From positions 200,913 to 264,912 of IMG/VR virus record IMGVR_UViG_3300050821_009835: a stretch of 64,000 nt of DNA. One strand, written 5' to 3'. Below are positions 26,947-36,399 of the stretch, in pieces. The notes beneath the pieces are model-generated. The model searched no databases. It was not told where the DNA came from and saw only the letters and a list, made by a program, of their open reading frames with translations. Position numbers and translations under genes: made by a program. Positions within the stretch are counted from its first letter, which is position 1. The number at the start of each line of letters is the position of its first letter.

Positions 26947-27960
26947 GTGCTCTTAAGTAAAAATGATCTCCTCAAAACTCTGCGTTCTCTCAGTGAATTT
27001 GATACTAACGCCAGCCCGTTTGTCGCCGTTCAGCTAGTGGAGAACAGTCTCCCACGCTTCTTTCGTTCCTCCATAAATGGCCAAATCATGTCCTCGGATT
27101 TTGATTTACTAAAAACAGGCAACACTTATGTTTCGCTGTCACATTTTAAGGATTGTCTCAAGGTACTACCAGAAGAGAAGATCGAATTATCACTGGATCC
27201 TAACGGTATTTTGAAGATTTCCTCCTTGGACAACACTTTTGACTCAGAGATTCGTGTGCACACAGTCCCGGTGACTCAGGCAGGTCTCAAAGCACATGAT
27301 TTGGGCGGCGTGGCAACCCGGCTTGGTGCGAATACATTCTTGGGTTGTGACACATCTCCTTTTGCGGCAGCCTCCCCGCCTATGCTGGTTAACGGGCGAC
27401 TCTTTATTTCCACTAAATTCGGCGCAGTAATGTGGAATGGTCCAGATTGGCTCCGCGCTGTTCAATTGCAGCCGCGTGAACCATTTCTAAAGCTGATCAC
27501 GGGAAATTCGGCTGTTGAAGATTTGTTTCTCACTGAGAAGGGTTATTGGGGAACGGCGATTGCGGGCATGGTCATTTTTAGTTACGGTCATCTGCTCGGT
27601 AGAGAACTTTTCGACGCCTATGCTGCCCCTGGTGTGGAGCTAACGCGGTTCCCAGCTGCTCGTCTTGTTCAAGCGTTGCACGCCGCAGCAGGACTTTGCG
27701 ATGATCAAGACAAAGTCGAGATTCGACCTAAAGAAGGCATTGTGGTGCGTGATAAATTCGGCAATGATTCTAGGTTTTCACTAGGCGGTAGTGATGGGTG
27801 GCAAAAATTTACGGCTTTTGGGAGAACGATGAAGACGATTGCCGATGCGCTTTCTCAAGCGGCGGATGAAGAAGCGGTATTACTGGATATACCCAGCTTT
27901 ACAAATCCGACCAAGCGACTTCAACGCGGACCATGGTCTGTGAGTTTTAAAACATTATGA
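26947..27960 (+). CDS. Putative sliding clamp (DnaN-like)
   Basis: 337 aa with three repeats of clamp-like alpha/beta spacing (SKNDLLKTL; VSLSHFKDCLKVLPEEKIEL; FPAARLVQAL; FGRTMKTIADAL...EEAVLL..P). Confidence 0.45.
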   Translation: MLLSKNDLLKTLRSLSEFDTNASPFVAVQLVENSLPRFFRSSINGQIMSSDFDLLKTGNTYVSLSHFKDCLKVLPEEKIELSLDPNGILKISSLDNTFDSEIRVHTVPVTQAGLKAHDLGGVATRLGANTFLGCDTSPFAAASPPMLVNGRLFISTKFGAVMWNGPDWLRAVQLQPREPFLKLITGNSAVEDLFLTEKGYWGTAIAGMVIFSYGHLLGRELFDAYAAPGVELTRFPAARLVQALHAAAGLCDDQDKVEIRPKEGIVVRDKFGNDSRFSLGGSDGWQKFTAFGRTMKTIADALSQAADEEAVLLDIPSFTNPTKRLQRGPWSVSFKTL

Positions 27961-28226
27961 TCGTTGCAATTATCTGCCCGAAATGCAAGGAAATGATCAC
28001 GGAAACTTATCCGCATCCGCTGAACATGCCGTGCTTCGTATGCCGAGAATGTAGGCTGATTCTCGAGCCGCCGAATGGGATGAGAGAAGAGATATCTACA
28101 ACACCCCTGGAAGGTGGAAGCATTCTTCCGTCTCGATTACCTTGGGATGATGGACGGGCCAGAGAAAAGAATTGGATAGGAAGTAAAGCATGGAAAGATT
28201 GGAAACACTCTCAATCTGCTAGATAG
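27957..28226 (+). CDS. Small Zn-ribbon protein
   Basis: CPKC...CFVCREC. Confidence 0.55.
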   Translation: MIVAIICPKCKEMITETYPHPLNMPCFVCRECRLILEPPNGMREEISTTPLEGGSILPSRLPWDDGRAREKNWIGSKAWKDWKHSQSAR

Positions 28227-28597
28227 TGAGTATTACAAGGAGAGGAGATCTTATGGCTAGAGTTGATGATAATCCAAGCGGTATCGTTTTTGATGACGCA
28301 GGTCCAGGAGCAGGTTTAAAAGCACCAGGAGTCCCGAAATCTGCTGATAAAATTGCTCAAGTAGCAGCAAAGGCAAAGAAGACGCCAGGAACGCAAGCTC
28401 AAGCTGCAAAGCCTGTTGCACCCGTAAAACTCAAGAAGGGCACCCCGCAAGTCAAGGTAATTACAGCAGAGCGTTATAAGATGCAGGACAGCATTAATGC
28501 TGCCTTAGTTGAACTTGGAACCGGGGATGTTGTGGCTATTGCTGCTTCGGGTGCGGTTCAAAACGCTTACGAAGTTGTTATCCAATACGTGGTTTAA
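28226..28597 (+). CDS. Hypothetical protein (start probably ATG near 28254)
   Basis: GGAG RBS precedes MARVDD. Confidence 0.55.
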   Translation: MSITRRGDLMARVDDNPSGIVFDDAGPGAGLKAPGVPKSADKIAQVAAKAKKTPGTQAQAAKPVAPVKLKKGTPQVKVITAERYKMQDSINAALVELGTGDVVAIAASGAVQNAYEVVIQYVV

Positions 28598-28609
28598 TTA
28601 TCGATAACA

Positions 28610-29302
28610 ATGGATGAAGTTCTCAGCCATCGTGTGGGTGCTTACTCTCACTTTTTTGGACGCCTCGAGCACCAAATAGACGCTGAGAAAAACCTTATCA
28701 CACGTCTTAAAATTAAAATATCCACACTTGAATCTGAGAAAGCTCAACTAGTAAAAGCAGTGGGGCTGCTCGATAGGGCCATTGCCATTATCAGTGCCAA
28801 TGGTATAGGTAAAATTGAATCTATCGTGACAGCAGGATTGCAACTAGTCTTTCATGATCCGCAGATGGGTTTGATCGTGGAGAAGACAGAAGGTAAACGC
28901 GGCAACTCTTTTCGGCTTCTCGTACGGCAGGGCGCGGTAAAGGGCGATCCTCTTGATAGTAGTTCTGGAGGAGTGGCGAACGTGATTGCTTTCCTTCTCC
29001 GTGTTATTCTTATTAAGAGATTCAAATTGTGTCAGCTTATTGTTTTGGATGAAACCTTTAACAACGTAAGTTCTGAATTTCAACCAAGCGTTAGTCAACT
29101 TCTTCACGAGATGTGTGATAAGTACAAATTTACCATCTTCGCTGTAACTCATTCCCCACGTTTGATACGAGAAGCTGATGCGGTTTACCGCGCTTCTAGA
29201 ACTGAAAATCCAGATGGCACTCGTCAGCCCCCAGTATTGAAGAATATTGAGGGTGCGGAATTAGAGACTTTAAAGCAGTCTCAGGAAACTGAGGTCATCT
29301 AG
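28610..29302 (+). CDS. SbcC/Rad50 (T4 gp46-like) C-terminal half
   Basis: Coiled coil, then signature SSGG, Walker B LIVLDE and H-loop AVTHS. No Walker A. Confidence 0.8.
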   Translation: MDEVLSHRVGAYSHFFGRLEHQIDAEKNLITRLKIKISTLESEKAQLVKAVGLLDRAIAIISANGIGKIESIVTAGLQLVFHDPQMGLIVEKTEGKRGNSFRLLVRQGAVKGDPLDSSSGGVANVIAFLLRVILIKRFKLCQLIVLDETFNNVSSEFQPSVSQLLHEMCDKYKFTIFAVTHSPRLIREADAVYRASRTENPDGTRQPPVLKNIEGAELETLKQSQETEVI

Positions 29303-29308
29303 GTCCAA

Positions 29309-29755
29309 GTGAAACTCAGATCACTGGAAGAAATTGTTGCTAAGTTCAAAGAAGTAGTGCATCGTCATCGTCGTCGCTATCTCCAGCGTAACTTGCGCCC
29401 GTGCCCGCTCAATTGCAAGGCTGCTGAAATCGGGACTGGTCATAAAGTTCTGGGATGTGAAAGCTGTGGCTCCACCAATCCAGATCGTTGTTATGCTCTT
29501 GACAAGTTCGTCCCAATTCTCAATAAAGAAGAATGTGTTAAGCAATTTCGTGAGGATTTGAAGAACCCAGATGTTCTTCTTCGCGATTATCGAGATATTG
29601 TATTTTTCTTATGGGTTTTGGGCGAGCCCATTGAAGGGAGAACAAATGAAAACGTTTTGCAGAAAGTAGAGGCGCAAAAGCTGGATGGAAATAAAGCCGC
29701 TCCAACTCTAGGGCATAGAATTATTCGAAGTAATCGCCCTATGGGAGTTGAATAG
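29309..29755 (+). CDS. Hypothetical Cys-containing protein
   Basis: CPLNC...CESCG....C. Confidence 0.6.
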   Translation: MKLRSLEEIVAKFKEVVHRHRRRYLQRNLRPCPLNCKAAEIGTGHKVLGCESCGSTNPDRCYALDKFVPILNKEECVKQFREDLKNPDVLLRDYRDIVFFLWVLGEPIEGRTNENVLQKVEAQKLDGNKAAPTLGHRIIRSNRPMGVE

Positions 29756-30517
29756 ATGGCGTACAGCGACGAATGGTGGTTTTCGGTTCCTGAGTTGATT
29801 AAGAAAACACGAGAATTCTACACTAGAAACGCGGCCAAGAATCCAAACGCAGACCTGATTTCAGCAACCACACAAAAGATTATTGTCGCTCGTGAATGGC
29901 AACCCGCTCTTTCTCATATTCAAGAGAATTTTCCTCGGGTCTTAACAGAACTAGGCGTGTTTTATGTACCCAAGACTTATGAACCGGGTCCGATGTTTGT
30001 ATTTCCAATTCGTGCTTTAGATGGAACATTTCCAAGAGCGCAAACTAAACCTTGCGAGGGCTCAGTTCTGTGGGGGCAGGGCAATTATCATTGGATTGGG
30101 GAAAAGCTGGTCGGACCGAATTGGCTGGGCAATGATCCAGAGACCCTGAAGCGAATCATTGAACGCAAAGAAGCTACACTGGTGGAAGGCCCGTTTGATT
30201 TGTTGGCGTGCCGACTTCTCACACCAGATCTGCCAATCATGACCCCGCTAACTAAGAGTATTAGCGATAAGCATGAAGCCTACCTCCGTATGCTAGGAGT
30301 TGAAAAATTGAATCTGTTGTTTGATAACGAACGTCCAGATATTGAGAAAGGCAAAGATTTGGGCGGCGGTAATTTGAGTATGCGAGTATTGAAGTACAAG
30401 ATTAAGACCATGAATGTTGAGGTTAAACTTCTCAAAGGCAGCGATCCTTCTGCGGCACTAAAGACTGGGGCAGGAACTAATAACCTGTTATCTTTGCTCA
30501 TGGGGAATGAATTATGA
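29756..30517 (+). CDS. TOPRIM-domain protein (primase catalytic-domain-like, no Zn finger)
   Basis: FVFPIR, TLVEGPFDLLA, LLFDNE, KGSDP. Confidence 0.7.
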   Translation: MAYSDEWWFSVPELIKKTREFYTRNAAKNPNADLISATTQKIIVAREWQPALSHIQENFPRVLTELGVFYVPKTYEPGPMFVFPIRALDGTFPRAQTKPCEGSVLWGQGNYHWIGEKLVGPNWLGNDPETLKRIIERKEATLVEGPFDLLACRLLTPDLPIMTPLTKSISDKHEAYLRMLGVEKLNLLFDNERPDIEKGKDLGGGNLSMRVLKYKIKTMNVEVKLLKGSDPSAALKTGAGTNNLLSLLMGNEL

Positions 30518-30660
30518 AACTTTGGATGTGGATCTTTATGGCTGTATGGTTTATCGGAGGCTTACTCCTCTGTTCTCGAAAACCAACAACATCCGAAGGT
30601 CGCCCCCTACCTCCTTTTGCTTAATCCTGTAGCATTGGAAATCCCAGTATTGAGGACATT

Positions 30661-30879
30661 ATGACTACTGCTAAGGCGGTCGCGGTCAACACTCGGTTTG
30701 GCCTTGTGGAACGAGACTTAACCGAAAAGGAGAAATCGGAGCCCAATTTACCGGAGGGGCTATTCGTTAGACTTCAAAGCGTTGGTTTTTACGGAATTAA
30801 AGATGCAGGCTTTCTCCAGGGGGAAAATGTTTACGTTCCTGCGGAGCTTGTTCGTCAGTCAATTCTCTTCATACGTTAA
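30661..30879 (+). CDS. Hypothetical protein
   Basis: GAGGA RBS, 72 aa. Confidence 0.5.
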   Translation: MTTAKAVAVNTRFGLVERDLTEKEKSEPNLPEGLFVRLQSVGFYGIKDAGFLQGENVYVPAELVRQSILFIR

Positions 30880-31110
30880 AAGGATTCCTATGTCGAAATC
30901 GTGTTTGCATCGAAAGCTAGTGATTTTAACTCCATTTGGTTGGTTTGAACGAGATTTGGAAAATTCGAAGGATTCCGGTACTAGTCCTGAGAATCTTCTT
31001 AAAATCTATCGTAAGAACGGCGTCTGGGGGAATATGCCTCATTCTGGACAAGTAGTGTGGCTGGCGCCAGAGATGGTGACTAACGCGACATTTCAGAGCT
31101 GAGGAAATGC

Positions 31111-31311
31111 ATGACGAGCAGTCCCATTGTAGCTTGTGGTTTTGGCCTCGGGTTAGGAATTATTGCGGGAACTGGAACTGGCGTAGGCTTGCACTATTTC
31201 TCTGTTTGGAATAATTCTGGTCAGGCGGAAGTAATCGGCTTAGTGATGGGAATTGGGGTTGCTCTCACAATCAGTAGCTGGGTTTATTCAACACTTAAGG
31301 GTGACAGATGA
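31111..31311 (+). CDS. Small membrane protein
   Basis: Two Gly-rich hydrophobic segments. Confidence 0.5.
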   Translation: MTSSPIVACGFGLGLGIIAGTGTGVGLHYFSVWNNSGQAEVIGLVMGIGVALTISSWVYSTLKGDR

Positions 31312-31589
31312 GAGTAGAGCTTGAATCTGCAAACCAGGCATACGGTGAGCATCGAGACTCTTGTTATCTTTGCGGCGCTGTCGATCTCCAGATGCGGCCT
31401 ACCGAAATTTCTAGATGCCCAGAGGGTCAAAAACTGGTTCGGTCAGCGGCTCAAGAGAGTCGCATAAAAGGTTGGAAACTCAAAATCACCTCAGAAGATC
31501 TGTTGTTTTTGGAGCAAGTAGGTATTGAAAATGGCATTGTCCACCCACAAATCGGAAGTCGTGCCATTCGTGATGGAGAAGCATCCTGA
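31308..31589 (+). CDS. Hypothetical protein
   Basis: H...CYLC...C putative metal site. Confidence 0.5.
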   Translation: MRVELESANQAYGEHRDSCYLCGAVDLQMRPTEISRCPEGQKLVRSAAQESRIKGWKLKITSEDLLFLEQVGIENGIVHPQIGSRAIRDGEAS

Positions 31590-32688
31590 TGCGGATTCGC
31601 TTTCGATCGTCAAGGTTTGGAACTTCACGTGCGTCGTCCGCACGGAAGATTGGCTCGGGACCACTAAGGCGGTGTACATCACGCCTGATTCCGTGCTACC
31701 GAACCTCCCCGAGTATCGATGGCTTAAAGACACCCCCAACCTCCGAAAAGACCGTGAAATCCTAGCCAAGAAACTTGCTGCTGAACCGGAAAGCGATCTT
31801 GCTCGTATTGCATACAACGAGGGGATTGCTGCACTAGAAGCCCGAATTGACGGCAATACTAAGTACCTTCGAATCGCGGCTAAGAGGCTGCGTGGCGTGT
31901 GGTCTATGGGTATGCTTCTACCCTGCCCAGAAGGCAAAGAAATTGGGGATGACTGTGCGGAGCTGCTCGGCATCACGCACTACGAACCACCCCCGGAGCC
32001 GCTGTTCAATGCCTCGGGACGTCATCAGGGCGCGGATGTAGGCCCACCACCACCCGTACCCCTAGCTCCTAAGTATGACATCGAGTCTGCTTACCGTTAC
32101 GCCTCGGAGGTCTTTGAGCCGGGTGAGATGGTCTATGTCACGGAGAAATTGGATGGTCAGAATGCTCGTTTCACTATGGCTGATGATCCGTTTCATGGGG
32201 AAATTCTTCAGCAGGCTAAGATGTATGCGGGTTCTCGTACGGAATGGAAGCTTGAAGAAGGCGAGAGCAATTGGTGGCAAGTTCAAAAACAGAACCCTTG
32301 GATCCCAGAATGGTGCGACTCAAATCGTAACAAACTCCTCTATGGTGAAAATTTTGGATGGGTTCAGAAGATGCGCTATGGCGCGACAGTACCAGGCACT
32401 CTATGGTTTCGCGCTTTCGATATTCTGGATGTTACTCGTTGGTTGGACGCTGAAGAATTCATTGCTGCTCTACCAGAAGATCGCCGTGTGCCCATGCTTG
32501 GCATTATGCCCTATAATTTTGAGCAGCTCGTCAAATTAGCTGACGGAAAATCTTTGATTCCTGGTGCTAGTGATCAGATAAGGGAGGGCATTGTAATCAA
32601 GCCTCTGAAAGAACGTTATCACCAGAAATTAGGCCGCGTTGTTCTTAAGATTGTTTCCAATGTGTATTTAGCTGAGTCAGCAAGATAA
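31525..32688 (+). CDS. RNA ligase, DRB0094 family
   Basis: N-terminal OB HPDADSL...LRGVWSMG; EKLDGQN, GENFG, FRAFDI, REGIVIKP, KIVSNVYL. Confidence 0.9.
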   Translation: MKMALSTHKSEVVPFVMEKHPDADSLSIVKVWNFTCVVRTEDWLGTTKAVYITPDSVLPNLPEYRWLKDTPNLRKDREILAKKLAAEPESDLARIAYNEGIAALEARIDGNTKYLRIAAKRLRGVWSMGMLLPCPEGKEIGDDCAELLGITHYEPPPEPLFNASGRHQGADVGPPPPVPLAPKYDIESAYRYASEVFEPGEMVYVTEKLDGQNARFTMADDPFHGEILQQAKMYAGSRTEWKLEEGESNWWQVQKQNPWIPEWCDSNRNKLLYGENFGWVQKMRYGATVPGTLWFRAFDILDVTRWLDAEEFIAALPEDRRVPMLGIMPYNFEQLVKLADGKSLIPGASDQIREGIVIKPLKERYHQKLGRVVLKIVSNVYLAESAR

Positions 32689-32931
32689 AGCGGTATTTGA
32701 ACGAAGAGGAGAAGAAATCAATGAGTGCGCCCTAAAACTCAAACTTGAGGGCTAGAGATGAACAAAGTAGAACAACTGCGGGAGATCATCAAACGGATGC
32801 ACAAGCGTCCCGGGATGAATACGGGGGCATATTGGCGCGGTGAGTGCGCTGACGGCTGTCATGCTTGTGAAGCCCTCGCCGTATTGGAAGAACTTTATCC
32901 GGTTGTTGTGACTCGAAAATAAGGAGCGTGT

Positions 32932-33162
32932 ATGGTTGATTTTATCGTTCAAGCATTGGCAGCCGTGTTACTGTTTTTCGGCCTCTGGTCAATGGGGAAC
33001 AACCAGTTGCGTGGACCGTTTGTAACCATGGTTGCTGAAATCTTCACAACTGCTGTTGGGATTATGCATCATACTTGGAGTATCATCCTCATTGGAACTG
33101 TATTGGCTTTTGTGCAAGGGCGGAATTTCCTTAAGTGGCGTAAAGAAGGAATAGCCTGGTAA
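32932..33162 (+). CDS. Small 3-TM membrane protein, PnuC/SemiSWEET-like half transporter candidate
   Basis: Three hydrophobic segments, ending GRNFLKW; AAGGAG RBS. Confidence 0.35.
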   Translation: MVDFIVQALAAVLLFFGLWSMGNNQLRGPFVTMVAEIFTTAVGIMHHTWSIILIGTVLAFVQGRNFLKWRKEGIAW

Positions 33163-33178
33163 GTCTAGGAGAATAAAC

Positions 33179-34543
33179 ATGCTGTTTGGTAAAGGTCAGT
33201 GGGCTATTCTTGGCCTTAAAGTAGATTCCTTCCCGAAATTCCAAGCTACTCTGGCTGATCCATTGAAGACGCTGCTTGTTTCTCAATTGGTGGCAAGCAT
33301 CCGTACACGCTTCAAAAATTGCTCTACAGTTGGCATCAATCCGTTTGATAAACCGCGCATGGATGAGGTTTTGGCGGAATCCCCTAATTCTGTATCTTTG
33401 GTAGACCCCGGCGTAGAGGATATTCAGCACTATCTAGAACTTCGTGAAACCATGGGGCCGGATTACTCTGCTACGTTTGATCCTCTTTGCTACGCTAAGG
33501 CATATGGAGCGGTGGAGCCGGATTTCGTTTTGGACGCCAACCTGTTCAATACTTACGGTTTCTGGGTTGTCTTCAACGATTATGAGGATGTAAGCGATGT
33601 TGCCAGCAAAAAGGAACAACTGGCATACGAAACCCTGGGCCGTCCGTATAAATTTGCTGTTAAGGATGACAAATCTCGCATTGACTTAACTGCAAATGGA
33701 TTCTCCATTCATGCTCGGAAGCAATTTCCAGTCATTGTAGATTATCAGACTGGGCGAGTCTTTATTGCTTCTTCAAACACAGAAGAGATATTGACCGTGC
33801 GTCAAATGTTGGAGAATATGGGCGCGGTTGTGAATAGCGTGTACTGGTCTTTTGGTAAACCAGATTGGACTAGAGATTTCTTGACTAAGATCTCGGAAAC
33901 AACAAAGTTTGAGGCGGAATTTCAAAAACGTACAGAAGAACGTACAAGATTTACAAAAGAACAAGTTGAGAAACTGGAAGACAAAATGATGGAGAGAATT
34001 GTTTCCACCTTCTTCTCCTTAGCAGAACTCCCTACAGGACAATGGGCCGGACTGAAAGCTCCCACCCGTCTTAAGATGATGAAGACTGCTGAACCTGTAT
34101 CCTGTGCTGATCCTACCGCAGCGTTCTACATCCGTTACATGGCTAATGAATTTGAAGTTGTCTCTGCTGGCGTGGTTTTCCAAGAGTTGACTAGTCGACT
34201 CATGAAGGATAAGGAGATTCCAGTTCGGCATGACCTTTTTACTCTGACGATCGATGACAACATCAATAATTTTGATGCCGGGGCTGCGATGTTGAAGGGG
34301 TTTGACCTGCCTAAATATAAGAACGAAATGAAGCAATTCTTAAAGCAGAAGGGGCAAGCTGCAATCAAAGATTACTGGTACAACTGGTGCTCTGGTATGC
34401 GAGGAGCTATTGCATACTTCGTTGACAATGTAGCAGAAACGCTCGATCTTAAGGCTTCGTCCAACATAAAGCCGGATGAGTATGGTTTGCTCGCAGCCAA
34501 ATATGATGCAGCAGAAGTTAGCGACATCGCTGCGAATCTTTAA
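33179..34543 (+). CDS. Hypothetical protein (454 aa), weak RdgC-like segment
   Basis: VIVDYQTGRVFIASSNTEEILTVRQML resembles the RdgC core; AGGAG RBS. Confidence 0.4.
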   Translation: MLFGKGQWAILGLKVDSFPKFQATLADPLKTLLVSQLVASIRTRFKNCSTVGINPFDKPRMDEVLAESPNSVSLVDPGVEDIQHYLELRETMGPDYSATFDPLCYAKAYGAVEPDFVLDANLFNTYGFWVVFNDYEDVSDVASKKEQLAYETLGRPYKFAVKDDKSRIDLTANGFSIHARKQFPVIVDYQTGRVFIASSNTEEILTVRQMLENMGAVVNSVYWSFGKPDWTRDFLTKISETTKFEAEFQKRTEERTRFTKEQVEKLEDKMMERIVSTFFSLAELPTGQWAGLKAPTRLKMMKTAEPVSCADPTAAFYIRYMANEFEVVSAGVVFQELTSRLMKDKEIPVRHDLFTLTIDDNINNFDAGAAMLKGFDLPKYKNEMKQFLKQKGQAAIKDYWYNWCSGMRGAIAYFVDNVAETLDLKASSNIKPDEYGLLAAKYDAAEVSDIAANL

Positions 34544-34551
34544 GGATATGT

Positions 34552-35076
34552 ATGTCAGAAAATAAACTATGGGAAGGCACACGTGGAGAAGGGTGCCATG
34601 GGTTTCCAAGACCGCACGCAGCACCCCCGGATTCCTTTGATCTGGATAAAAAATTTCCTCGAGTCATGATCGCCGCCATTGTTACTCGTGGTTCTGAAAT
34701 CTTATTGGGACGTAGTAAGGAGGCTAAATGGGTTATCCCCGGCGGAGAAGTCAAGCCATTTGAATCACTCCCCAACACGATTACACGAATCTTAAGAGAA
34801 GAAGCAAATGTTGATATTCGCCCCGGTTCGACACTTTTTGTTTCCGAAAATTTCAAACCAGAGATTGATCATCTGATTGCAATATATGTTGAAGCAGATT
34901 ACTTGGGTGGGTACCTCAAGGCGGGCGGCAATTTCAAAGATGTTTGTTGGGTGGATGTTCGTCAACTTGGGGATATGCAGGATGCTATGAGTCAGCTTAC
35001 GATTGATGCACTGCACAAATTTAGCCTCATCTTGAAAGCGCGGGCTATTCAAAAGAAACAGAGTGTATTTCCGTGA
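34552..35076 (+). CDS. Nudix hydrolase
   Basis: WVIPGGEVKPFES...RILREEANV Nudix box. Confidence 0.85.
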   Translation: MSENKLWEGTRGEGCHGFPRPHAAPPDSFDLDKKFPRVMIAAIVTRGSEILLGRSKEAKWVIPGGEVKPFESLPNTITRILREEANVDIRPGSTLFVSENFKPEIDHLIAIYVEADYLGGYLKAGGNFKDVCWVDVRQLGDMQDAMSQLTIDALHKFSLILKARAIQKKQSVFP

Positions 35077-35853
35077 GTGGGCTGTTGGATTTACTGATGG
35101 CCTTTCAGATGTTGCTCAGGGAAGCCTGGCATTTTATTCGGGATGTATTTTTGGTTATCGCTGGGTTAGCGATAATTGCATACTGGTGGCCTCGTAAGGG
35201 AAAATAATGCAAACGACAAAGAAACTGCAATTGACATTAGAAATAGCGGGGAAATCTCGGAAACAGAGAAATTGAGTAGTTTTATTCAGAGCGAATTGGG
35301 ACGTATTTCTAAACTCCCTGGTGTTGTTACTTATGAAATCACAATAGATCATTCGTTGGGTGAACCAATACCGGGTGACCCAACGTTTGGAATGACAGAA
35401 GGTCCTGTTGATAGCTGCCTTCCTAAACTGAGTTGGTGGAAGAGAATCGCTAATATAACCGATTTCTACCACTACGTAGTATTATACAGAAGCAGTACTT
35501 TCCGTGGGAACCACGGTTTAGCCGTCTGTCTTGGGTTGAAGTAAGACCTGATTGGGGGCGGAATCCATGAAATGGAAGTTCACAGATATGAATTACCAAC
35601 GCCAAACACGAATTACCACAACGACCACGCAAGTGGGCGTCTCTGGTTCGTGTGTAACCGTTGGCAAGTAAGACCAAGGTTAGATCGATCCGAAGACGCT
35701 CTCCAGTGATGGAGGGCATTTTTGTTTTATGGAGGAATCTATGGAAACAAATTGGCATGAATGGACGAGTTGTGAATTTTACGGTCATGTTTTCCAGACC
35801 GATGAAGAAACTGGCCGCACTCATTGCACAGACTGCGGTGAAAAAACCGAAGA

Positions 35854-35930
35854 CCACGAGTAGCTCAGTTGGTAGCAGCAATTGGCCGATAACCGATAGG
35901 TCGCAGGTTCGATCCCTGCCTCGTGGACCA
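35854..35930 (+). tRNA. trnI: tRNA-Ile(GAU), CCA encoded, C at position 33
   Basis: Acceptor CCACGAG/CTCGTGG; anticodon arm ATTGG-CCGATAA-CCGAT; T-loop TTCGATC; ACCA end. Confidence 0.9.
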
Positions 35931-36017
35931 AAATTTTAATGGAGGCCAAATATGGCTGAAGAAAAGGAACAGCACGAGGAGTATCCGATGAACGGGCCTT
36001 GTTGCTAGAGGAATTTT

Positions 36018-36099
36018 GCTAGGATGGCTCAGCGGCGACAGCAGCAGTTTCGTACACTGCCATACAAACACAGGGGTTCGAGTCCCCTTCCTAGCTCCA
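36018..36099 (+). tRNA. trnT: tRNA-Thr(CGU), 11-nt variable region, CCA encoded
   Basis: Acceptor GCTAGGA/TCCTAGC; arm GCAGT-TTCGTAC-ACTGC; variable CATACAAACAC; T-arm AGGGG-TTCGAGT-CCCCT. Confidence 0.85.
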
Positions 36100-36104
36100 A
36101 GTTT

Positions 36105-36177
36105 GCAGATGTAACACAATTGGCAGTGTACTTCCTTGGTAAGGAAGAGGTTGTGGGTTCGACTCCCATCGTCTGCT
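36105..36177 (+). tRNA. trnT: tRNA-Thr(GGU), no encoded CCA
   Basis: Acceptor GCAGATG/CGTCTGC; arm CTTCC-TTGGTAA-GGAAG; T-loop TTCGACT. Confidence 0.9.
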
Positions 36178-36215
36178 CTTTCGTGACTTTCTTTAAGAAA
36201 GGTTCATGACGAATT

Positions 36216-36395
36216 ATGAATAACGGGTGCCCATGTAGCAGCTGTCATCCATACGGTGCAGCTTATTGTTGGTGTTTTCTCCACAGACTAGAGCACCCGT
36301 TAGTAGAGAAGATTATCAATGCGGAGAGCTGGCGTGAAACCAGCCAATTGATGAATGAACTTTACACGACGTATTTGAGTCGTTTAGGAAGATAA
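36216..36395 (+). CDS. 59-aa Cys-rich protein inside the tRNA cluster
   Basis: MNNGCPCSSCHPYGAAYCWCFLH...; AAGAAAGG upstream. Confidence 0.5.
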   Translation: MNNGCPCSSCHPYGAAYCWCFLHRLEHPLVEKIINAESWRETSQLMNELYTTYLSRLGR

Positions 36396-36399
36396 GTTT

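Noticed and set aside
36223-36300. tRNA-sized element closed by CGGGTGC/GCACCCG
   Set aside because: No T-loop or anticodon arm, and the region reads better as the 59-aa Cys-rich ORF.
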